Source: a virus. From it: a stretch of DNA of 16,182 bases. Below the pieces are notes generated by a model, which saw nothing but the letters and a program-made list of their open reading frames with translations, searched no databases and had not been told where the DNA came from. How positions within the stretch are numbered: position 1 is the stretch's first letter; each line of letters begins with the position of its first letter. A program made the translations under genes and the position numbers. The stretch lies in the UHGV virus genome UHGV-0293321; one strand, 5' to 3'. Below, piece by piece: positions 1 to 5,456 of the stretch.

Positions 1-2
1 AA

Positions 3-275
3 GGCCAGAAATACCGAAAAGACGTTCAGCAAATCATCCGCCAACTTAAGTTAGACATTTTCACCAAATCACGACTCCGCATCAAAGTCATCGCAGACGT
101 TCCAGACTCCCGCCGCCGCGACCTCGACAACATCCTGAAAGGTTTACTCGACTCCCTTATCCACGCCGGATTTGCGGAAGACGACGAGCAATTCGATGAC
201 ATTCGCGTAATTCGTGGCGTGAAAGAACCAGGCGGAAGGCTTGGAATAAAAATCACCGAACTGGAGAACGCATGA
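3..275 (+). CDS. rusA: RusA-like Holliday-junction resolvase, 5'-truncated by window edge (C-terminal ~90 aa)
   Basis: Open frame runs from the window edge to TGA at 273-275. Translation ...DSRRRDLDNILKGLLDSLIHAGFAEDDEQFDDIRVIRGVKEPGGRLGIKITELENA resembles the C-terminus of RusA-family resolvases as recalled. Stop overlaps the next start (ATGA). Absent from the ORF track because the start lies outside the window. Confidence 0.65.
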   Translation, partial: GQKYRKDVQQIIRQLKLDIFTKSRLRIKVIADVPDSRRRDLDNILKGLLDSLIHAGFAEDDEQFDDIRVIRGVKEPGGRLGIKITELENA

Positions 276-460
276 ACGCCACAATTCAAACGATACCAGA
301 GCTTCTTATCCAGACACGAGGCAATCAGACCGAAGTGGCAAGGATGCTTTCCTGCGCAAGAGGAACAGTGCTCAAGTACAACCGAGGCAGCAAAGGCGAG
401 CGTCACGTAATAGTTAACGGCGTCCTGATGGTCAAACAGGGCAAGAGGGGAAGACGATGA
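272..460 (+). CDS. ninH: NinH-like small DNA-binding protein (62 aa)
   Basis: ATG at 272. Blocks TIPxxL, GNQTEVAR, RGTVxKY and AIVNxVLMV match lambda NinH as recalled. Sits between rusA and Q as in nin regions. Start overlaps the rusA stop and its stop overlaps the Q start. Confidence 0.7.
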   Translation: MNATIQTIPELLIQTRGNQTEVARMLSCARGTVLKYNRGSKGERHVIVNGVLMVKQGKRGRR

Positions 461-945
461 GCATAAGAGAACTAAACCTCACCAAAGAACAGCACGATTG
501 GCTGAATGGCTGGCTTGAACTGTGGGGCGCATGGGTTTATTCAGGCCGCCTGGAAAAGCGCATGAGCAGCGTAATAGCGAAGTTCATGGAGAGCGTAGAG
601 CCGGGAAGAGTTATGACAAGGCCAATGTGTAATGATGATGATGGAATGTTGATTTCTCAGGTCGTCGATTCCGTCATGTACATTGACAAGAAAGCCTTTG
701 GCATCCTCCTCAGCTACTACGCTCATGGATCTTCCAAGCATGCCATTGCATCTTACTATCATCGTGTCGCAAGACCTCGCAAGATGTTATGCCGGGGCGG
801 CGGGCGTATTCAAAAACCATCGCTCGCAACCTGTCGCCGGGAAGTTGACGAAATCCTCAATGCTTCGTTGTTTATGATTTACCCGGTTCTGGATAGTGCG
901 TTTAAAAACCGGAAACGTGTAGAGAAAATTAAACATGTAGCATAG
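457..945 (+). CDS. Q: Late-gene antiterminator Q, QuuD/Q21-type (162 aa), not lambda-type Q
   Basis: Motifs WGAW, RPxCxDDDxMxI and LLxxYY align with the DLP12 QuuD-type Q family as recalled. Lies immediately upstream of a TTGACA promoter-like site and a hairpin plus T-tract, followed by lysis genes. Confidence 0.7.
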   Translation: MSIRELNLTKEQHDWLNGWLELWGAWVYSGRLEKRMSSVIAKFMESVEPGRVMTRPMCNDDDGMLISQVVDSVMYIDKKAFGILLSYYAHGSSKHAIASYYHRVARPRKMLCRGGGRIQKPSLATCRREVDEILNASLFMIYPVLDSAFKNRKRVEKIKHVA

Positions 946-951
946 AACGTG

Positions 952-982
952 TTGACATCATTGAGCAAATGAGCAACACTAT
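952..982 (+). promoter_or_regulatory. Candidate late promoter pR' (with putative Q-utilisation region)
   Basis: Consensus -35 TTGACA at 952-957, 7 nt after the Q stop. Only weak -10 candidates (AACACT, CACTAT) at 17-19 bp spacing. Position relative to Q and tR' matches lambdoid late promoter layout. Transcription start not determinable from sequence. Confidence 0.3.
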
Positions 983-990
983 TCGCATAA

Positions 991-1035
991 GCTGCCGTTA
1001 GTGACTCTTAAGTTGCAACGGTGGCTTTTTTGTTT
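991..1035 (+). terminator. tR'-like intrinsic terminator downstream of pR'
   Basis: GCTGCCGTT (991-999) pairs with AACGGTGGC (1017-1025), a 9 bp stem with two G-U pairs, followed by TTTTTTGTTT (1026-1035). The GCATAACAGGTAAGAGCATTGA block just downstream resembles the sequence after lambda tR' as recalled. Confidence 0.45.
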
Positions 1036-1316
1036 GCATAACAGGTAAGAGCATTGAACCCGCAGACCTCGCGGAATTGGTGAAAGGTGCCGCTCAGTGC
1101 TCTTATCGTTGTGGTGAATGCACAGGCTGATGTGTAAGGGCAAGAATCTTTCGCTGGATTCGGTGTGGCCACGTAGCCCGCTGTAGGCAGTTGCAGCAAA
1201 CCGGAGATCAGCACCGGTCGCCACAATCCAAACTGAGCCGTAGCCACTGGCTATCCTGAATTCATCAGTGATAGTTACGCTGCGGCCTTCTACACATGAT
1301 CTTCGTGAAAGCGGGT

Positions 1317-1351
1317 GGCAGGAGGTCGCGCTAACAACCTCCTGCCGTTTT
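1317..1351 (+). terminator. Strong GC-rich hairpin with short T-run (terminator-like or RNA processing structure) in the Q-S leader
   Basis: Perfect 10 bp inverted repeat GGCAGGAGGT (1317-1326) / ACCTCCTGCC (1337-1346) with a 10 nt loop, followed by GTTTT. I recall the same block upstream of lambda S. Confidence 0.45.
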
Positions 1352-1451
1352 GCCCGTGCATATCGGTCACGAACAAATCTGATTACTAAACACAGTAGCC
1401 TGGATTTGTTCTATCAGTAATCGACCTTATTCCTAATTAAATAGAGCAAAT

Positions 1452-1465
1452 CCCCTTATTGGGGG
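1452..1465 (+). promoter_or_regulatory. sdi-like stem-loop controlling choice between the two S start codons
   Basis: CCCC (1452-1455) TTATT GGGGG (1461-1465) hairpin immediately 5' of the ATG-AAG-ATG dual start of S, as in the lambda S translational control region. Confidence 0.5.
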
Positions 1466-1471
1466 TAAGAC

Positions 1472-1795
1472 ATGAAGATGCCAGAAAAACATGACCTGTT
1501 AGCCGCCATTCTCGCGGCAAAGGAACAAGGCATCGGGGCAATCCTTGCGTTTGCAATGGCGTACCTTCGCGGCAGATATAATGGCGGTGCGTTTACAAAA
1601 ACAGTAATCGACGCAACGATGTGCGCCATTATCGCCTGGTTCATTCGTGACCTTCTCGACTTCGCCGGACTAAGTAGCAATCTCGCTTATATAACGAGCG
1701 TGTTCATCGGCTACATCGGTACTGACTCGATAGGTTCGCTTATCAAACGCTTCGCTGCTAAAAAAGCCGGAGTAGAAGATGGTGGAAATCAATAA
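1472..1795 (+). CDS. S: Class I holin/antiholin S, lambda-type (107/105 aa dual-start)
   Basis: Translation [39 protein letters not shown]... is essentially identical to lambda S as recalled (one difference near the C-terminus, GGNQ vs GRNQ). Met1-Lys2-Met3 dual start at 1472 and 1478. Confidence 0.95.
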   Translation: MKMPEKHDLLAAILAAKEQGIGAILAFAMAYLRGRYNGGAFTKTVIDATMCAIIAWFIRDLLDFAGLSSNLAYITSVFIGYIGTDSIGSLIKRFAAKKAGVEDGGNQ

Positions 1796-2255
1796 TCAAC
1801 GTAAGGCGTTCCTCGATATGCTGGCGTGGTCAGAGGGAACTGATAACGGACGTCAGAAAACCAGAAATCATGGTTATGACGTCATTGTTGGCGGAGAGCT
1901 ATTCACTGATTACTCCGATCACCCTCGCAAACTTGTCACGCTAAACCCCAAACTCAAATCAACAGCCGCCGGACGCTACCAGCTTCTTTCCCGTTGGTGG
2001 GATGCCTATCGTAAGCAGCTTGGCCTGAAAGACTTCTCTCCGAAAAGCCAGGACGCTGTGGCACTGCAACAGATTAAAGAGCGTGGCGCTTTACCGATGA
2101 TTGATCGCGGTGATATCCGTCAGGCTATCGACCGTTGCAGCAATATCTGGGCTTCACTGCCGGGCGCTGGTTATGGTCAGTTCGAGCATAAGGCTGACAG
2201 CCTGATTGCAAAATTCAAAGAAGCTGGCGGAACAGTCAGAGAGATTGAGGTATGA
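1779..2255 (+). CDS. R: Endolysin R, lambda-type lytic transglycosylase (158 aa)
   Basis: Translation [51 protein letters not shown]... is near-identical to lambda R as recalled. Start overlaps the end of S. Confidence 0.95.
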   Translation: MVEINNQRKAFLDMLAWSEGTDNGRQKTRNHGYDVIVGGELFTDYSDHPRKLVTLNPKLKSTAAGRYQLLSRWWDAYRKQLGLKDFSPKSQDAVALQQIKERGALPMIDRGDIRQAIDRCSNIWASLPGAGYGQFEHKADSLIAKFKEAGGTVREIEV

Positions 2256-2719
2256 GCAGAGTAACCGCGATTATCTCCGCTCTGGTTATCTGCATCATCG
2301 TCTGCCTGTCATGGGCTGTTAATCATTACCGTGATAATGCCATTACCTACAAAGCCCAGCGCGACAAAAACACCAGAGAACTGAAGCTGGCGAACGCCAC
2401 CATTACTGACATGCAACAGCGCCAGCTTGATGCTGATGCACTCGATGCTAAATACACGAAGGAGTTAGCTGATGCGAAAGCTGAAAATGATGCTCTTCGG
2501 CGCAAGCTTGATAATGGTGGCCGGGTGCTCGTCAAAGGAAAATGCCCTGTGCCATCCTCAGCCGAAACCTCCAGCGCCTCCGGCATGGGCAATGATGCCA
2601 CCGTCGAACTCTCTCCAGTTGCTGGACGAAACGTTCTCGGTATCAGATCCGGAATCATCAGCGACCAAACATCACTGAGAGCGCTGCAGGAATACATCAA
2701 CACGCAGTGCCTGAAATGA
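2252..2719 (+). CDS. Rz: Spanin inner-membrane subunit Rz (i-spanin, 155 aa); N-terminal half lambda-like, C-terminal half divergent
   Basis: N-terminus [40 protein letters not shown]... matches lambda Rz as recalled, with an N-terminal transmembrane segment. ATG overlaps the R stop (ATGA). Contains the embedded +1 frame Rz1. Confidence 0.9.
   Translation: MSRVTAIISALVICIIVCLSWAVNHYRDNAITYKAQRDKNTRELKLANATITDMQQRQLDADALDAKYTKELADAKAENDALRRKLDNGGRVLVKGKCPVPSSAETSSASGMGNDATVELSPVAGRNVLGIRSGIISDQTSLRALQEYINTQCLK
2472..2678 (+). CDS. Rz1: Spanin outer-membrane lipoprotein Rz1 (o-spanin), fully embedded in Rz in the +1 frame
   Basis: Strong RBS AAGGAG at 2459-2464. Signal peptide [18 protein letters not shown] followed by Cys (lipobox VAGC), then a Pro-rich mature region ([11 protein letters not shown]). 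Same embedded architecture as lambda Rz/Rz1. Confidence 0.85.
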   Translation: MRKLKMMLFGASLIMVAGCSSKENALCHPQPKPPAPPAWAMMPPSNSLQLLDETFSVSDPESSATKHH

Positions 2720-2727
2720 ACAATCAT

Positions 2728-2750
2728 AGCCTCGTAATAGCGAGGCTTTT
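2728..2750 (+). terminator. Weak hairpin after Rz (possible attenuating terminator)
   Basis: AGCCTCG (2728-2734) / CGAGGCT (2741-2747), 7 bp stem with a 6 nt loop, followed by TTT only. The T-tract is short, so efficiency is doubtful. Confidence 0.3.
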
Positions 2751-2768
2751 ACTACCCGAGGGTAAATA

Positions 2769-2957
2769 ATGTCATCTCCAATCATGAAGTATTTCGCTTA
2801 TCAACACCTCCCTGCGCATCTGCAGGAAGTAAGTAAGCCAATCGGTGACCTTGCGACACTGATGGATGAATCACTGCCGGACAGTGCTGAAAAGTCAGCA
2901 GGTCTCCGCAAGCTGCTCGAAGCTAAAGATGCGCTGGTGCGAGCAAAGCTGGGGTAA
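2769..2957 (+). CDS. Hypothetical small protein (62 aa), predicted helical, no family recognised
   Basis: ATG at 2769 with GAGGG about 8 nt upstream. Same strand as the operon, in the slot where lambda carries bor on the opposite strand. Stop TAA lies inside the first GTAAGT repeat motif. Confidence 0.5.
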   Translation: MSSPIMKYFAYQHLPAHLQEVSKPIGDLATLMDESLPDSAEKSAGLRKLLEAKDALVRAKLG

Positions 2958-2995
2958 GTCATTACAAAGCCTATCTACGGGTGGGCTTGATAATG
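2954..2995 (+). repeat. Copy A of an imperfect ~45 bp direct repeat (GTAAGT, short hairpin, TTGATAATG)
   Basis: GTAAGT at 2954-2959, AAGCC (2967-2971) / GGCTT (2984-2988) stem, then TTGATAATG ending at 2995. Aligns by eye with copy B at 3245-3295. Confidence 0.45.
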
Positions 2996-3180
2996 AAACC
3001 AGAATTTATTCTGGGAAACCAGTTACGGCAGTACAGCGAAACAACCCAAGCCAGTAAGTGGGGAAATAACACTGGCAGCCACTGAAAGATGAACCTCCAG
3101 CCTTATGGCAAAAAGATTCTTTGTGGTGGCGGACTGATGGAAAGACATCCTATTTCCAGCCAAACATTGAAGGAGTTGTT

Positions 3181-3252
3181 ATGTCAGCAGAAGGTTTCAA
3201 TAACCCATCAAAATTCCGGGATGAGTGGGATAGCAGCGTAAAGAGTAAGTGA
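3181..3252 (+). CDS. Candidate micro-ORF (23 aa, MSAEGFNNPSKFRDEWDSSVKSK) with consensus Shine-Dalgarno
   Basis: AAGGAG at 3170-3175, 5 nt spacer, ATG at 3181, TGA at 3250-3252. Lies between the two repeat copies. Too short to judge by composition. Confidence 0.2.
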   Translation: MSAEGFNNPSKFRDEWDSSVKSK

Positions 3253-3295
3253 TGCCATCACAAAAGCCATTCCCTACAGAGTGGCTTTGATAATG
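3245..3295 (+). repeat. Copy B of the imperfect direct repeat (GTAAGT, short hairpin, TTGATAATG)
   Basis: GTAAGT at 3245-3250, AAAGCC (3263-3268) / GGCTTT (3283-3288) stem, TTGATAATG ending at 3295. Confidence 0.45.
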
Positions 3296-3357
3296 GCTTA
3301 TACCCTACACGGGATAACTTAACTGATATCCCTTTTAACGGATAAACTGAGCCAACA

Positions 3358-3600
3358 ATGGCAGAGATTATTCCCATGACTGAAGAACAGAAATTCCAGT
3401 TAGAGATTTACAAACTGGTCATGAACCAGAACGCAGCCGCAGAAGAAGCATTTCAATTCATCGGCACTGACGAGTTGAAGCTTGAGCTATTCAAAATTCA
3501 CTTCCAGTCAGGCGGCGCTAATTCAGATATCACGACCCGCACAATCGAAGCGGTACGTAAATCGAAGGAAGCGTTAGACCTGTTTACTACCGGAGCATAA
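3358..3600 (+). CDS. Hypothetical small acidic protein (80 aa) immediately upstream of terS; same slot and length as P22 orf80
   Basis: ORF ends 2 nt before the terS start. Weak RBS; an alternative ATG at 3376. Homology to P22 orf80 is not verified, only position and length agree. Confidence 0.5.
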   Translation: MAEIIPMTEEQKFQLEIYKLVMNQNAAAEEAFQFIGTDELKLELFKIHFQSGGANSDITTRTIEAVRKSKEALDLFTTGA

Positions 3601-3602
3601 AC

Positions 3603-4043
3603 ATGGCGCGCCCAACAAAGTATCAAGAGGCGTACGCCGAACAGGCACGCAAACTGTGCTTGCTGGGCTACACCGATGCAGAGCTTGCTGATTTCTTCGA
3701 AGTCAGTGAGTCAACTATTAACAAGTGGAAGCTTGATTATCCTGAGTTTTCGGAGTCCATAAAAAAGGGTAAGGCCGTTGCTGATGCAGAAGTTAGTGAC
3801 CGTCTTTATCAACGCGCTATGGGCTTCGTGGCTCCAGACATCGATATTCGTGTTATTGAAAACAGAATTGTCGAAACTCCGCTTGAGAAGTATTACCCGC
3901 CTGATACAACCGCCGCCATCTTCTGGCTTAAGAACCGACAGAAGGATAAATGGCGCGACAAGGTTGATCACGAACTAACAGGCAAAGACGGCGGCGCAAT
4001 CCAGATTGAAACATCACCGATGAGTACTCTATTCGGAAAATGA
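3603..4043 (+). CDS. Terminase small subunit (146 aa), Sf6 gp1-like C-terminus with a different N-terminal DNA-binding domain
   Basis: C-terminal ...ELTGKDGGAIQIETSPMSTLFGK matches the Sf6 small terminase tail as recalled. N-terminal region looks like an HTH DNA-binding domain (ELADFFEVSESTINKW). GGAG RBS. Stop overlaps the terL start (ATGA). Confidence 0.8.
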   Translation: MARPTKYQEAYAEQARKLCLLGYTDAELADFFEVSESTINKWKLDYPEFSESIKKGKAVADAEVSDRLYQRAMGFVAPDIDIRVIENRIVETPLEKYYPPDTTAAIFWLKNRQKDKWRDKVDHELTGKDGGAIQIETSPMSTLFGK

Positions 4044-5455
4044 CCTCGATTAATCCTATCTTTGAACCGTTCATTGAGGCGCATCGCTACAAAGTCGCCA
4101 AAGGCGGTCGAGGTAGCGGTAAGTCATGGGCAATTGCGAGGCTGCTTGTTGAAGCGGCGCGCCGGCAGCCGGTGCGTATTCTCTGCGCTCGTGAACTGCA
4201 AAACAGTATCAGCGATTCGGTAATCCGTTTGCTTGAAGATACCATCGAGCGTGAAGGGTATTCGGCTGAGTTTGAAATTCAGCGTTCAATGATCCGTCAT
4301 CTCGGAACGAATGCTGAATTCATGTTCTACGGCATAAAAAACAACCCGACAAAAATTAAATCGCTCGAAGGTATTGATATCTGCTGGGTGGAGGAAGCGG
4401 AAGCGGTAACGAAGGAATCGTGGGATATTCTGATACCAACCATCCGTAAGCCGTTCTCTGAAATATGGGTAAGCTTCAACCCGAAAAACATCCTCGACGA
4501 TACCTATCAGCGATTCGTCGTAAACCCTCCTGATGATATTTGTCTGCTGACGGTGAACTACACCGACAACCCGCACTTTCCTGAAGTTCTCCGTCTGGAG
4601 ATGGAAGAGTGTAAACGCAGAAATCCGACACTGTATCGTCACATCTGGCTTGGTGAGCCAGTAAGCGCAAGTGATATGGCAATCATCAAACGTGAATGGC
4701 TTGAAGCCGCAACCGATGCGCACAAGAAACTCGGATGGAAAGCGAAAGGCGCTGTTGTCTCTGCGCATGACCCGTCAGATACAGGACCAGATGCTAAAGG
4801 TTATGCATCGCGTCACGGTTCGGTAGTTAAGCGCATTGCCGAAGGTCTGCTGATGGACATCAACGAGGGTGCTGACTGGGCTACTTCGCTGGCGATTGAA
4901 GACGGCGCTGACCACTACCTGTGGGATGGTGATGGTGTTGGTGCTGGGCTACGCAGACAGACAACGGAAGCGTTCTCCGGCAAGAAAATCACCGCCACGA
5001 TGTTCAAGGGCAGCGAATCGCCATTCGATGAAGATGCTCCGTATCAGGCCGGAGCATGGGCTGATGAAGTCGTACAGGGCGACAACGTTCGCACTATTGG
5101 CGATGTGTTCCGCAATAAGCGAGCGCAATTCTATTACGCGCTGGCTGACAGGCTGTATCTGACATATCGGGCGGTTGTCTACGGTGAGTATGCAGACCCC
5201 GACGACATGCTGAGTTTCGACAAAGAAGCGATAGGCGAGAAGATGCTGGAGAAGCTGTTTGCAGAACTGACGCAGATTCAGCGCAAATTCAATAACAACG
5301 GGAAGCTGGAGCTAATGACTAAGGTCGAAATGAAGCAGAAGCTCGGTATTCCATCTCCTAACCTGGCTGATGCGCTGATGATGTGTATGCATTGCCCGGA
5401 GTCGGCTGCGCAACCCGACTATTCCAGTTACTCAATTCCTTGTGGTGTAGGTTGA
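4040..5455 (+). CDS. Terminase large subunit (471 aa), headful-packaging type
   Basis: Walker A-like KGGRGSGKS near the N-terminus, with acidic nuclease-domain residues in the C-terminal half. Length and position match P22 gp2 / Sf6 gp2. Confidence 0.95.
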   Translation: MTSINPIFEPFIEAHRYKVAKGGRGSGKSWAIARLLVEAARRQPVRILCARELQNSISDSVIRLLEDTIEREGYSAEFEIQRSMIRHLGTNAEFMFYGIKNNPTKIKSLEGIDICWVEEAEAVTKESWDILIPTIRKPFSEIWVSFNPKNILDDTYQRFVVNPPDDICLLTVNYTDNPHFPEVLRLEMEECKRRNPTLYRHIWLGEPVSASDMAIIKREWLEAATDAHKKLGWKAKGAVVSAHDPSDTGPDAKGYASRHGSVVKRIAEGLLMDINEGADWATSLAIEDGADHYLWDGDGVGAGLRRQTTEAFSGKKITATMFKGSESPFDEDAPYQAGAWADEVVQGDNVRTIGDVFRNKRAQFYYALADRLYLTYRAVVYGEYADPDDMLSFDKEAIGEKMLEKLFAELTQIQRKFNNNGKLELMTKVEMKQKLGIPSPNLADALMMCMHCPESAAQPDYSSYSIPCGVG

Positions 5456-5456
5456 T

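Noticed and set aside
26-406. 126 aa minus-strand ORF across the rusA/ninH region
   Set aside because: Antisense to two well-supported + strand genes; Cys/Ser-rich low-complexity translation typical of a shadow ORF.
946-1471. tRNA genes in the Q-S gap (as found in Stx-type lambdoid phages)
   Set aside because: I found no T-loop-like GTTCGA/GTTCAA motif or cloverleaf-compatible arm arrangement by eye; the hairpins present are simple stem-loops. A tRNAscan run would settle it.
2866-3057. 63 aa + strand ORF overlapping the 62 aa gene in another frame
   Set aside because: Starts inside the better-supported 2769..2957 gene with no RBS; kept only as context for the GTAAGT stop-codon observation.
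2954-3250. GTAAGT motifs as intron 5' splice sites
   Set aside because: GTAAGT matches the eukaryotic 5' splice consensus, but the context is bacterial phage; no group I/II intron structural elements or homing endonuclease ORF are present.
2958-3357. Degraded bor-like lipoprotein gene on the minus strand
   Set aside because: Reverse-complement translations of the part I checked (3061-3150) show no lipobox or similarity to Bor as recalled; no minus ORF of 60 aa or more in the region.
4286-4768. 160 aa minus-strand ORF inside terL
   Set aside because: Fully embedded antisense to the terminase large subunit; no RBS context; shadow frame.
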